Assembly (NCBI RefSeq): GCF_001194135.2
Contig: NC_068984.1
Span: 66,534,314-66,598,313 of the forward strand
Length of the DNA stretch: 64,000 nt
Reading direction: 5' to 3'
Source of the DNA: Octopus bimaculoides
Taxonomy: Eukaryota
The notes under the pieces were generated by a model. That model was not told the origin of the DNA, did no database searches, and saw nothing but the letters and a program-made list of their open reading frames with translations. Positions within the stretch are counted from its first letter, which is position 1. Every line of letters starts with the position of its first letter. Of the stretch, positions 1 through 13,529 are shown piece after piece. A program made the translations under genes and the position numbers.

Positions 1-674
1 TGCTCCATGTGATTTTTAGAAGTGTAATCTATTCCTAGCTACAACAGTGACAACATGAATTTCTTCCATCTCTTGCTTTATTAAAATATTTGAGAAAAAT
101 TATATTAATGTGTCCAACTTGTTAAAATTCCATTTATTTATTTGTGCAGCTGAAGATGGCACTGCATTTAAATTGATGTAATGATTGCATTGTTCAATTA
201 AATGGAGTCACTTGAAACAGTTGTACTGCACTGCTACTTGATATACTGTTGTTTATTTTGATTATATATATATATAAACACATGCAATGCAAGCATAGCT
301 CTGAAAATAAGTAGTTTGCGTCCCAACCATGGTTTCAGGTTCAGTCCCAGTGGGCAAGTATCTTTTGCTCAAGCCTTGGCTGACCAAAATCTTGTGAGTA
401 AATTTGATTGATGGGGAGTGAAAGAAACTTATTACATATAAAAGCATCCTCTGTGTTATGGTTACCCCAGCTTATGGAATTTCACACTTGTGTAAATTGT
501 AAAGTGTTTTCATTAATTTCAGGATACAATCTATAATTTTGACTTGATGGAAACAGATAAATTTTAAGAATTTCAAAACTTCACTTTCACGTTAGCTGCA
601 AGGCTGCTTCTCGGCATTTTAGCTAACACCAAATTAGTTAACAATTTGAAAAAAAACTATAATCATAATATATA

Positions 675-738
<64 letters not shown>

Positions 739-2507
739 TATAAGCACGTATGGAATGTGAGTTGAAATTAATCACTATGAATATTTGTGCATGTTTATGT
801 ATATATTCTTTTTTCAAAATGAATATCTATCTATCTATCTATCTATCTAGCTATCTAAATCAATCTTCGCCACTATCACTATCTATCACACTGAGCTATA
901 CGAAGTGATGATGCATAGATATCAAACAATTTGGAATAATTTCTTCCTCCTCTTTCTCCCAGCTGCTCTCATTTCACTATCACTATCTCTCACATAATAA
1001 TAATACATCTTTTGTGGTAAGAATGTATAATGGGTATCCTTATAAAAGAGGGCTGCACAGAAACACCTCACATCTTGATGATGGTTGAGATTGGATGGAA
1101 ACATTGGTAATGATGAATTTTAGATTGGAATTTTATTTTCCCAAGTGAACTATAAAGCTCTGATAATGCACAAATGGGAAAGCATTAATAAAAATAGATT
1201 GAATAGTAAAATGATATTGGTCATTCTTATTTTGTTCCCAGGTTTATAGTTCTGTGGTATGTTGTTAACAAGGAGGTTCTTATCAGATTGTTTTTGTAAT
1301 ATATTATTAATACCTGTGCAGGTAGCATGTAAAAAGCACCTTTCAAGCGTTGGGCCTCACGGAGGCAATGACAAATTACTAAGACTTTTGGAAATATGCT
1401 GTGCTTTAGTAGACAACCCATCAAACCAAGTGAAATTGTAGTTGTAACAGATACTGGTGCCATGCAACTGGAACTGATGTCAGTGGCATGTAAAAGCACT
1501 CATTACACTCTTGGAGTGGTTAGCATTAAGAAAGGCATCCAGCTATAGAAACCATGCCAAATCAGACTGGAGTCTGGTGTAGCCCCTCAGCTTACCAGCT
1601 CTCGATGGACCATCCAACCCATGCCAACATGGACAATGGATGTTAAATAATGATGGTGATGATGATGAGTACCAGCTTATGGTTTTGTGATGCATTCTGA
1701 TTTTGTTTTATGGAGTTTTTGAATGTTTGTTCATCTGTTCTGTACCTTGTATGTATTTGATTCATATAAAAGAATTCTTGTGAAATATGTGTTTTTTATT
1801 TTAAGAGTACTGTCTAATGTATTTATTGACTATACTTTTGTCTATATTTATCAGTAGCATGGGATATATCTCTTGTTAATTAGTAGTCTTTTGGGATATA
1901 TCTCTTGCTAATTAGTGATTTTTTTATTTTGTAGATTGTTTTTTTATCTAGTATTTTTAATTGTGGAAGAGAATTTAAATTCTCCCCTAAGTGATGAATT
2001 TACTTCCAACATTTTGCAGGTATGTGGGCATTCTGTAGCTCCAGTAGGTGTATGTATTTGTTTGTCATTTATGTTAACTGACATAATGCATCTATAGTTT
2101 TTAATCTGAACAATAATGTCTAGATCATGAGTCTTATATCAGTATTGTTTTGTGTGTTAAATCTAAGTACTGAGTTGTTTGTTCTTTATCGCTGTCTCAA
2201 TATCTTTCAATGTGTCCCTTGCAACTATCCTTTCATTTATGTATTTAATGCATGCATTTGTTTATTGGTATTGTTTTCTACTGTAGATTGATAGAATATG
2301 GTGAAAGTGAGTCCTAGAGGAGAAATCATTGCTACTCCATCACTTTATATACATACCTTGGTGTACAAGTTACTAATAGCATGGTTCTGGGTCCATTCCC
2401 ACTGTGTGACACCTTGGGCAAGTGTCTTCTACTATAACCTTGGGCCAACCAAAGCCTTGTGAATGGATTTGGTAGATGGAAACTGAAAGAAGCCCAGCGT
2501 ATATATA

Positions 2508-3053
2508 NNNNNNNNNNNNNNNNNNNNNNNNNNNNNNNNNNNNNNNNNNNNNNNNNNNNNNNNNNNNNNNNNNNNNNNNNNNNNNNNNNNNNNNNNNNNN
2601 NNNNNNNNNNNNNNNNNNNNNNNNNNNNNNNNNNNNNNNNNNNNNNNNNNNNNNNNNNNNNNNNNNNNNNNNNNNNNNNNNNNNNNNNNNNNNNNNNNNN
2701 NNNNNNNNNNNNNNNNNNNNNNNNNNNNNNNNNNNNNNNNNNNNNNNNNNNNNNNNNNNNNNNNNNNNNNNNNNNNNNNNNNNNNNNNNNNNNNNNNNNN
2801 NNNNNNNNNNNNNNNNNNNNNNNNNNNNNNNNNNNNNNNNNNNNNNNNNNNNNNNNNNNNNNNNNNNNNNNNNNNNNNNNNNNNNNNNNNNNNNNNNNNN
2901 NNNNNNNNNNNNNNNNNNNNNNNNNNNNNNNNNNNNNNNNNNNNNNNNNNNNNNNNNNNNNNNNNNNNNNNNNNNNNNNNNNNNNNNNNNNNNNNNNNNN
3001 NNNNNNNNNNNNNNNNNNNNNNNNNNNNNNNNNNNNNNNNNNNNNNNNNNNNN
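2508..3053. other. assembly gap (N-run)
   Basis: Other gaps at 17820-18082, 31988-31997, 35666-35675, 36820-36829, 37773-38019, 40235-40309, 47876-48421, 49339-49348, 58728-58737, 59085-59177 and 62072-62307. Most abut (AT)n tracts. Confidence 0.99.
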
Positions 3054-3078
3054 TATATATATATACATATATATATAC

Positions 3079-3109
<31 letters not shown>

Positions 3110-3683
3110 CAGAGAGAGACAGATTATTTTATATAATTTCTAGTGTTTCCACAACTGGAATGTTAGTGAAAAGAGTTTCCACATCTGGGTACCAATTTCA
3201 TTGGTTTCTTGTAAAACATTTCTTGATTCTTTGGATGATCTGATACTATAATTCTCTTGTATGTATTTTGTGATAATTTCATCTAATTTCATCCATTTTT
3301 TGTTTTTGGTGATTTTATATGTGGGATACATTCATTCATGATTTATGGGTCAGAAGGGAGTTTTTTTGTTTGTGTATTTTTATTGCACCACACGCACATG
3401 CACACACACACACAAACACACACACATAGTTTGGCAGGGGTGTTTTGTTTATTGTACAATATATGTGCGTGTGCATGTGTGTGTATGCCAGTAGCATGTA
3501 AAATGCACCCAGTACTCTCTCTTAAGTGGTTGGCATTAGGAAGGGTATCCAGCTATAGAAAGCATGCCACAGCAGACAGTTGGAGATTGGAATCTGGATA
3601 GCTCCCTACTAGCCAGCTCCATGTGAAACCATCCAACCCATGCCAGCATGGAAAGTGGACATTAAACAATGATGATGATGGTG

Positions 3684-3760
<77 letters not shown>

Positions 3761-5696
3761 TTATATATATGTATATATGAATTCTTTTTTGATGTGGAGA
3801 AAGTACAGTGATTTGATTTGTGTGTTTATCACTGATTTTATTTATATTGATTTTTGTTATTGAGTTTGTCTCTTTGGATCTTTGTAAACCTGCTTATATA
3901 TTTAAGTAACTCATTGATTTGTCTCTGTATGTGATTATGAGCATACTGCTTTTGTCATCCTTGCGTATTTTTATATGGTTATTATATTTTATGTTGTGTA
4001 GAACTTGTTTGATCTATAATACTCTAATGTTTAAATTCTGGTGGTAAAATTGGTATAAATATAAGGTACCCACTACAGAAAAGTGCTGTGAAGAAGTCAA
4101 AACCACTTCACGTTCTGAAGATGAGACAGAAGTAGACTGGAAACCTAGATAAAGATGGGAACTTTGTTGTTTCAAATTAACTATAAATATCTGAGAGAAT
4201 GCTCATAAAAATGATTGAATTAGAACATAGTCATGTTTCAAATACAACTTTAAAAGGCTTTTCCCAATATATATATATGCAAGTGTGTATAGATACATAT
4301 ATGTATATATGTATGCATATATATATAAAAGAAGTTATTTGTATATATTTGTAAAGTGATTCTGCTAAAAGGCTAAATGGCAGCATAGTGAAATTACCCC
4401 TAAAGAATCAATTGTCATTTTTCTTCTATTGCTTAGTATTAAATAGAAAAATTCTTATTGAAATTTCCAAAGTCTCCATGTCTAGACAGAAATTATCCAT
4501 GAAGCTAGTATCCAATAATATACATTGGTTTTATTGCCACAATTTAATCTTATAAATGAATGTACATCTTTTTCTTCCCTTTCTTCTATGATACTTGTTC
4601 AAGAAGTAGGGCATTGAGTTAGTAGAGTTGGAGATCATCATCGTTATCTTTATCACTATCATCATCAACTTTTAATGTCTGTTTTCATGCTGGCATGGGT
4701 TGGATGGTTTTATAGGATGTGCTGAATTGGAGGATCTGTGTTGGGCTCCAATGTCTGCTTTGGCATGATTTCTATGGTCAGATGCTTATCCTAACCTATT
4801 TATACAGTATACAAGGCAGTTAAACTGCCACTTTACATGGTATACTGGGTGGTTTTCTCGTGGCACTAGGACTTGTGACTCAACAAAGTCCTAGAAACTT
4901 GGAAGACTAAACAGTTCCCACCACTGAGTGGTAGTATGGTAGGGAAGGAGGCAGCTTTATGCGAGGTGTTAAGAGGTTAATGTATGATTGAAAGGACAGC
5001 CTTTCAGAATTTTAGATTGTCTTCTAACTACTGGTTTCACAACTTAGTGACTTCAACTTTGCCATTCATCATTTCAGGATTGATACATTTAATGCTATAT
5101 TTATTTGAAGTCATTTTAACGAAATTGCATGAATAATAACAGAACAGTTACTGATTGAGTAACTCAAGTCTAAAGTAGTTAAATCTATTTTGAAATATAA
5201 AATTCGTTTCGCCTGGGGCAGCTTATATTTATATGCATATGTATGTGTATAGGTACCTTATCTGTCTGTCTGTCTATCTATAAATTAATTATTAATGGTA
5301 ACTTGAATAACATATGTGTCCCACAAGCTCCTTTGGGCTTTTAAGGGCGATTGTATTGCTTCAGTTTCTTGCAATTGTATAGATGGGATCCAGATCCAAC
5401 TTTTGATGGAACATTAGAATTTCCAGAATATCTGGTACCTGTTTCGATATGTGACCTGGAACTGTTTAAAATTAAGATTACCATCAACCGTCTCTGATAT
5501 AAAAAGTAATATCTGCATTTGATTTGAATTGAAACCCTTTCAACTTGTAGTCTTATAGTTCAATGAAGGAGCCTCAGACTGCTAGAAATACTAACTGAAT
5601 CTCCATTAAATCAAATTCTGCTATCAAAATAGAAGCCAGAGCAAATTTATTACTGTAGTCTAAAATACGCTTTACCTGAAAATAGGAAGGCCATCT

Positions 5697-6070
5697 TTTA
5701 CTTTTTATCTTTTATTTGTTTCAGTCATTGAACTGTGGTCATGCTGGGACACTAGCTTGAAGGGTTTTGGTTGAACAAATCAACCCCAATACTTATTCTA
5801 GTCTGGTACTTATTCTATTTGTCTCTTTTGCCAAACTGCTAAGTTATGGAGATGTGAACAAACCGACACTGGATGTCAAATTGTGGTGAAGGGCAAATAG
5901 AAATACACTCACACACGATGACCTTCTTTTGATTTCTGCCTACCAAATCCAATTGCAAGGCTTTGGTCTGCCCTGCCTGAGGCTATAGTTGAAGGCACTT
6001 ATCTTAGGTGCCCTGCAGGGGGACTGAACCCAAAACCATGTGGTTGGGATGAAAACTGGTCACCACACAG
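5697..6070 (-). mobile_element. SINE type A
   Basis: Reverse complement of the type A tail (ttgtttcagtcattgaactgtggtcatgctg) through the head (aaccatgtggttggga). Confidence 0.78.
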
Positions 6071-9000
6071 TGTCATGGCTGAAATGCCTTCACTGTAGGC
6101 CTGCTCACTCAGCACTGACCAGGTTATAAGCCACAGCAACAACTAGTAGTCTCATGCCATATTTTGGTTCTATTAATTGCATTGATAATTTTATGGTGGG
6201 TCCAGTCATGTACAGCCTTTCTCAATAGAATTTCGAAGCTGGTATTAAGTTGTTTGATGTTGCTTAACCTTAGATGTTTCCTTAACAATGAGACTTTTGA
6301 TCAAACATGTTCCAAGTTCTGACCATTCTATCTTTTCAGACATAGTTTATCTGATATCCAATGTTCCTTTCCTTGTCTTTTCTTAAAAATGTTGTGTAAT
6401 TCTTTTGATACCAACACACCTGAAACCACCTCCGGTTCTATGACAAACTTACTGTCTTAAAGTGCTTTAAATTATAATCTTCCATCAAAAGTTTATGCTA
6501 ATTTGTTCCAGATCCTAGCTTGATAATGATAAAGATATTTTAATAAATTCTTCATTATCTTCAAAATTAATTGAAACAAAAGCAGCATATGTTGACAGAA
6601 ATATGATAACAAAAGGGGGCAAAGAGTGATTTGAGAGCAATTTAGCTGCTATTTCTATCGGGTCAGATGACTATGAGGGATCTCCTTATTTGCTCATCAT
6701 CACCAAGTGTAACACCTTTGTGCAGAGTGACAGAGGTTATGTCAATAGCATGGAATTTTCATTATATTGAAAATTAATTAAAATACTTAGGTATTCATCT
6801 CATTAGAAATATAATCACGAAAGGGCTAACAAGGAATCATACAGCTTAATTTCTTAACCAAATTACTTTATGCTAATGATTAGAAAAGATACAAAGTTCT
6901 TAGAGCACAACTGGGATATATCCTTGAATCTGAGTAAATGAGAAAGCTTTTACATGTTTGCTTGAGTTACTGCTAGAGATAACAGCCTAATTTCCATCAA
7001 ATTACTCACTTAACATGTTGAACAGAGGAAGTGTATATCTTTAGACTACATTGTATAATGTAGTCCTAGATACATACACCCTGAGAGAAAAAGACTATCA
7101 TCATCACTGGAATTCCTTTGATCATGGTTCTGTTTAATTAGGGATGATATAAATCTAAACGAAGACATCATTAGCATTCTTAGATGAAAATGAAATTGTC
7201 AAATAACATTTAGCTGTAGGGTTACCACTGAATATTTTGCTATCTTTATGTTGTACACAAAGGAAGAATCAGCCTGGAACACTCCATTTTATTCCAGACT
7301 ATTAGTTTCAGTTGTAAATTGTCCAACACAGGAATGAAAGAAATTATATCAACAAGAAGCTGAAATTACATCGAATCACTGACAAAGTCTCTATTCAGTT
7401 ACTTGTTTGGTTGCTAGAAATACAACCACGTCTTCATCTGATTACCCCATCCTGCCTTAAAAAAGGAATGACACAATGTATGATGTAGTAGTGGTAGTAA
7501 CAGAGTACTGTCTTGAGTTTTAAGGCTGGTTATCTAGTTTTCATGGTGTATAAGTGACTGAGATCACAACATGGCCCCTTAATGGGATGGTAGCCCATTG
7601 CAGGTTTACTCATTTATAGCTGAGTGGATTGATGTCATGTGAAATGAAGGGTTTTTCCTCAAGAATATAACACATCACCTGATTCCAGAAACTGAAACCA
7701 TGAACTTGCAAATGTGAATGCATCACCCCCACCATTCGACCACATGCCTTCACAATACACGATCTAGCACATAGAAAATGGGGTGGGTATGACTGGCATG
7801 TCTTTGATCATAGTTTGCTGAATTAGAACTGACCTTGGGCTAAGCAACATGCTCTTACATCTTGGGTTAAGTTGATATTTTCGTTGATTTAAGGAGTGTA
7901 TAAAGCCAAGTACTTAAATCTAGTTTTAGTGGTGTTGTAAAAGGTGAATCCGATTTTTCCCTTTGACAGTGTAATCAAGTGTGAAAATGAATGAAATAAA
8001 AGACAATCTAAATAACATTATTTCTGGCCAAAAATAATGCTGACTGACTTTCTGCTAGCATTTCCTTCAATGTAGGAAGCCTGCATAAGAAAGCCTAATT
8101 AGTTTCAGAAGGAAGTCATTATTATCATCATTATTTAACATCCTTTGTCCGTACTGGCATGTGTTGGATGGCTGGACAGGAACTAGCAAGTCAGAAGATT
8201 GCATCAAAACTTGCTGTCTGCTATGGCATGGTTTCTTTTGAAAGATGACCTTCCTAATGTCAACCACTTTATAGAGTGTACTGGATGCTTTTTATGTGGT
8301 ACCAACAGCAGTAGGTTCACCAAATAACTTGCTAGGCAGGAGTCCTCAACTGAGATGTGTGTAGTAATGAGGGACAAAAAAGGAGTCTTGCCTTAGAAGG
8401 GCTACCTCAGGTGAGTGAAAATGGAGAGAGAGAGAACACAACTTTCTCTGGAGACTTGGTATCTATTCCAAACAGCTAGATCAACTAAAGTATGTAAAAT
8501 ACAGTGTTTGTTCATAAAGATGTGACAAAATACCCTTGACAGATTTGAACCCATAAACTATGAGTTATATTTCAATATTTAAAGCATGTGACTATTTTTC
8601 ACCACTAGATTTAAGAGAAATACCCTCCAGAATATCATTTAAATAAAATTTCAAAAGGTTTTGAACTGCCTTCATGCTGTCAATATACTGCTGTAACAAA
8701 GTGGAGAGCTGGCAGAATCATCTGTCTTAATGCTTTGAGTTCAAATGCCACGGAGGCTGACTTTGCCTTTCATCCTTCTGGGATGATAAAATAAGTACCA
8801 GCTGAACACTGGTGTCAATGTAATTGAGTTCCCCCCACCCCACAAAAAAAACTGCTGGCATTGTGACAAAATTTGAAATCAATATACTATAGTTACAAGT
8901 TAAAGTAAATAGGAAGGAATTTCAACCATGTTTCGTGGTCTGCTACCACAACAGATACTTTATAGGATCCAGTTAGCTCAAGACATCATCAGGAGGAACC

Positions 9001-9150
9001 ACGTCCGGTTTCGGCCCCTACTCCTCTACCGTTCTGACATGGTGCCCCCACCCCACTTTCAGAGGTGTCTTCAGCTCTGGTGTTGGGTGCATGTCTTCTT
9101 TCTTCTATTCCCTGGCCTCTTCCATGCAGCATCAATGAGTGTCAGCATCC

Positions 9151-9184
9151 AACTGACTGTCTTGTCAAATTCCCCTTTTTTATA
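9151..9184 (-). promoter_or_regulatory. candidate Pol II core promoter (TATA + Inr) of an LTR-like or Penelope-like element
   Basis: Minus strand GTATAAAAAAGGGG, first T at 9184. TCAGTT at 9156-9151 with the A at 9154, exactly 30 nt downstream. Confidence 0.5.
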
Positions 9185-9352
9185 CCTGCTGCTAGGCTCC
9201 AGCAGGCTGCCCCAGCAAGTTGTCACTTGACACTGTCTAATTTCCTGCTGCTAGGGTCCAGTAGGCAGCCCCAGCAAGTTGTCACATGACACTGTCTAAA
9301 CTTCCTGCTGCTAGGCTCCAGCAAGCAGCCCCAGCAAGTTGTCAAGTGACAC
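9185..9352. repeat. tandem minisatellite, 3 x 59-60 bp, GC-rich
   Basis: Units start at 9185, 9244 and 9304: cctgctgctaggctccagcaggctgccccagcaagttgtcacttgacactgtctaa with a few substitutions. Confidence 0.95.
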
Positions 9353-9544
9353 TATGTGCTCTGGTTTCAGATTACATACACTGTGTCTGCATGTGATAAT
9401 AGATGACTAAAAGGGTGGCCACAAAAAGGGCATAGGGGTATAGGGGCATGGCCCACTGCCTCAGAAAACCAGTCCAATCCATATCAGCATGGAAAATCAG
9501 ATGTAAAGTGCTGTTGATGATGATAAATACACAGAATGCTATTG

Positions 9545-9720
9545 TTTAGTCCAAGTCTATTCCAGCTCAAACAGACCTATGATCAAAAGCTTTCCAGTTG
9601 TGACCATCCCTTATTCCAGTTCAACATCTCCTTCCTTAAAATGGTTAAATGTGATTTAGTAGATCTGGTTGTAATTTCTAGCAGGTTGAGAAACCCTGTT
9701 ATGGCTCATTCATTGGTTTG
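9545..9720. repeat. unclassified ancient dispersed repeat (family F), representative copy
   Basis: Modules cagacctatgatcaaa...ttccag...tgacc and gtgatttgagggagatttggctgctatttctagcagg recur in degraded form at ~5560-5620, 6290-6690, 19355-19410, 36510-36560, 37030-37100, 45780-45990, 51780-51850, 52200-52250, 54675-54860, 58370-58410, 59560-59980 and 61040-61200. Confidence 0.65.
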
Positions 9721-10305
9721 GTAATATACAGGTTATAATATTCAGATTTCTAATTGTTTGATATATTATCATTATATCTTGTAAAGTATTCTATGGTTTT
9801 GATGAGAGATTGATAAACAGAATGTAAAAATTTGATTTTTACATCAGATTAAAACATTATGTTAAAAATAAATATAATGTGAAAACATCTGGGTTGTGAA
9901 ATTGAAATTGATTAACAGCACCATTATAATATATAAACTATATATAATATAATATAATATAATATAATATAATATATATAAAAAATTTGCTTTTAGGTTT
10001 TTAGAAGCTTTAAGTCTTTTGAAGCTTGGTGTGTTCATGTATGTAGTTGATTGACTTTGGCACCGACGTCCTGCTACATTATCATTATTATTGCTTCATC
10101 TAATACTGATTTTATTCCACAAGCTTTCTCTTTAACAGTCTTTCTCACTTCTATTTTCTGTAACAAATGTTTCATTATACATACTTTAGTCATCAGAAGC
10201 ATTCATATCATCTTTGCAACTATCCATTACTCTATTCTATATATTTTTACTGCATTTACATTAGACCTATAGTCCCCTCTTATTAGTCTATGTTTTGCTT
10301 TGCAG

Positions 10306-10421
10306 ACTTTGATCTATCTATAAATGTTCAAAGTGGACACCAGTGTAGCATCGATCTCTCTCCAATGATGGAGAGTCTACAAAAAACGATGGACACTCCT
10401 CTCCCTTCTTCTGATGATTAA
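10306..10421 (+). CDS. candidate terminal coding exon of an unidentified gene
   Basis: Acceptor tatgttttgctttgcag, then (D)FDLSINVQSGHQCSIDLSPMMESLQKTMDTPLPSSDD* with balanced composition, followed by a U-rich tract. No homology recognised. Confidence 0.4.
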
Positions 10422-10529
10422 CTTCTGTTTTTTTTTTCTTTTTTTTTTTTTTGAATGTCAACTTTAGTTTTCATACTATCTTGTTAGGTAATGACTGAAA
10501 ATATCTGTTTAAAAGAAAACCATCCAAGG

Positions 10530-10925
10530 CAGTCGTTGTCATCATCATTATCATCATCATTATCCTTCTCCTTTTCCTCTTCCTTCTTCTTCTCCTCCTC
10601 CTCACCATTACCACCATTTAATGCTTGTTTTCCATTCTGGCATGGGTTGGATGGTTTGACAGGAGAAAGCAAGCCACAGGACTGTGCCAGGCTCTACTAT
10701 TTACCATGGTTTCGATGTCCAGATGCTCTTCTTAATGACAACAACATTTCATACTGTACTGGCTGCATTTTTTCGTGGCACTAGTACTAGCACAGTCACC
10801 TTTTCGCTTGCAAGACAAGGACCATTCAGTTGAGAGGAAGAGTAATATTAAGGAAGGTAGCTTTATGCTAAATGATGAGAGGTTAAAGTACGATAGAAAG
10901 ATAGGAACAGGTGTCTTACTGTAGA
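10530..10925 (-). mobile_element. longer B-related LINE 3'-UTR-like fragment
   Basis: Minus strand ends ...ccaacccatgccagaatggaaaacaagcattaaatggtggtaatgg... and shares an upstream block (ggaaggtagctttatgc...gaggttaa) with copies at ~4625-4995 and ~8110-8430. Confidence 0.65.
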
Positions 10926-11950
10926 GTGCGATGATGTAATCACATATATTAACAAACAGTTGATGCACTTGAGCCACTTTCTAAGCCTTTACACAGTTGT
11001 TTGATCTGCTACAAATAACAGCCAAATCTCTCTTAAATGTCACTGCGGCAGATTAAGAAAGGGGAATTGCATAGTAGGTAATACAATCAAAAATCCCCTG
11101 AAAGAAAATATATAATGGTTATAGTAATGGTTATCTCCAAAATGTTTTTAACCATAGGTTTTCTTGTTCTGGTTTGATCTGGAGCTAAACAACATCAGTT
11201 GATACACATGCATTTGTGTTATACATGTCAGGTACTTTACAGTATAGTATTTCATTTTCTACTCCTGGACACATTGAACTAAAATAAGGGATGGTCACTA
11301 CTGGAAAGTCTTTGATCAAGTTTCTTTGTATTCATCATGATACTCATCCTCAGCGACAACAGCAGTATTTTACTTCTGATTTTCCGTGCTGATATGAAAT
11401 GGATTGGTTATGTTTTAAGATAATGATTTCTGGCCGTATGCATTTTCTATGGCCAACGTCTTTAGTCATATCTTACAACATGTAGAGAGACACAGTGTAC
11501 ATAATTTAAAACCAAAGACACATACAGTATTAGTGACCATATTATTTTCAAGCTGTTGAGAGCTTATAATAATCATGTCATACGAGTCAAAAACATTTAT
11601 AAGTATAAATATAAGAAGAGTATATTCACACTGAGGTCAATAGTTACATTTGGCTTCTTTTTATACTTTGAAGGAAATGTATTCCCCAGTATACATAACA
11701 ACGATTTTCTATTGAATATTTATGATTCTAATATCCATCAATATTCACAGATGCCTCAAACTCATCATTGTTAAACATCCTATGAGTAGACTTTCTATCT
11801 TTTGTTGCTGTGTATCATATTATAGAATCCTATGATCTGCTGATTGAAAACTCTTCTCATTCTGACAAGTTTCTTAAATTGCCTATCATCAAATTATGGA
11901 GTATTTATCTTGGATAATGGAAATAGTATATGCATATCTTTTTAACTTAC

Positions 11951-12078
11951 TCTGGAATTCATTAGGGAATTGTGTAGTTTACGACAAGTATGGCTGTAGA
12001 CACCTCTATAACATACTTCATTAATAACTTGGCACTCTGAGCTTTCATAGATATTTTCTGTTCTGTTTATCATCACAG
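11951..12078 (-). CDS. candidate internal exon, unidentified protein
   Basis: ttttattgtttag|..VMINRTENIYESSECQVINEVCYRGVYSHTCRKLHNSLMNSR|gtaagt, 128 nt, 42 open codons. Confidence 0.3.
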
Positions 12079-13529
12079 CTAAACAATAAAATGAATATTA
12101 TTTAAGCTATTGCTGCATACTTGAAGTTCTGTCATTAAATGTGCTGATGTTAAAAGATGAGTACAAAGTGAAAAAGTGTCCTCAGCTTTTATTCCCCTTT
12201 CATATATATACACCTGTGCCATCTTTTATTCCATTTAGAAAGTTTCTTTTAATATTCCACAATGAACATTATAATTTTCTGACAGTCTTGAAAATCATTT
12301 TACCCAAATCTCCATATTCATCTTATCTTGCTTATTATTCATGTTGTTGGTTAATATTAAGCTTTATTCAACAAGTGGATTTTTGTAACAATCATATCCA
12401 TTATTTATGTAATGCAGTACACTTTTCTGTAGAACTTGAATGTGGAGATTTTATTGGAATGAGACAGCTATCAGTTGGTATCAATCGTCATCAATCAAAT
12501 GTCACTATGAAAGAGATCCAACTATTGGATATTGCTGAAAATCAATGATGAAACCTGGTGGAGAGGTAATGCATGCATGCATGTTTGCCTATATGGTGAG
12601 TCAGACCTACACGAGTCCACATTTTGAATGGAAGTGATGATTCTGAAATGGACTTAGGATCAAATATTACTAGTTAGTCAATCCAGTAAGTGGGGCCTTA
12701 CATCACTGATGGTGGTGGTGGTGGCAGTGAGGGCAGTACCCTGTAAAGCTGTCAAGAAGAAGGCCCTGAAAGGTTTCCAAAAGACACCTGAAACCTTCTG
12801 GTGTCCAATACGCACAGTTTTGAACTGACTGTGTTTGTGTTAGAAAGCTGTTTCCAATACTGTATACATTTCAAGTTTAGCAATCATTTGCAGATTAGAT
12901 ACGTTTCTATATTAGAATATGTCTTAATTTTCAGATTTTCAAATCTAGCTTTGTTACAGAAATAATAAGACACCACAGTTCATGCTATTTAACCCCAGGT
13001 CAACCAAGGTCAAGCAAACATTATATGCAATGATTTACTGTTCCAGGACAGTAAAGTACCATTTGAAGGTATATCAAGGAGATTGAGTGACAATATAAAA
13101 GCCTTCCTCATTGGTTCAAAGCACCAATGTTGAACATTTTAAAGAACTTATTAATAATTAATTTGGTGCTTACATTTTCCTGAATTCAATATCCTTTGAG
13201 ATTACTTTTTCACCTTATGCGGTAACAAGATGTAATGATATGAATGTGTGTGTGTATCCGTTTTTATCAATAATACATGTATATGTGTATATATGTGTGT
13301 GTATATGAATATACGCACACATTATTGAAAGACAATGTATACTCATTCCCTTTTAAATTCCAGGAGGATAAGTTTAAAAGATAAACTCGATTAATAAGAC
13401 AATAGATTAATTTGAAGCAGACTTGGAGAAAAGAGGATATGTCATTGATTAGGTTGTGAATGGCAGCAAAAGGACTTTGATGAAGACAAACAACTGATTG
13501 ATTAACTGAGTGATTATACAAGCAATTCT

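Noticed and set aside
1861-1916. 32-bp-period direct repeat gggatatatctcttg(t/c)taattagt
   Set aside because: It is a simple local tandem duplication with no further structure. A similar one occurs at ~59565-59600.
8928-9230. 100-aa plus-strand ORF
   Set aside because: No recognisable motif. It is antisense to the promoter and hammerhead-like unit, and GC-rich sequence has few stops by chance.
9185-9352. CRISPR-like appearance of hairpin repeats
   Set aside because: The units are contiguous with no unique spacers, there are no cas genes, and the context is eukaryotic.
11505-11774. 90-codon open plus-strand frame
   Set aside because: The composition is typical of AT-rich non-coding DNA (K/Y/I/F/N), with no motif and no convincing splice sites.
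12636-12710. C/D box snoRNA (GTGATGA ... CTGA)
   Set aside because: There is no terminal stem, and I could not match a guide sequence to rRNA.
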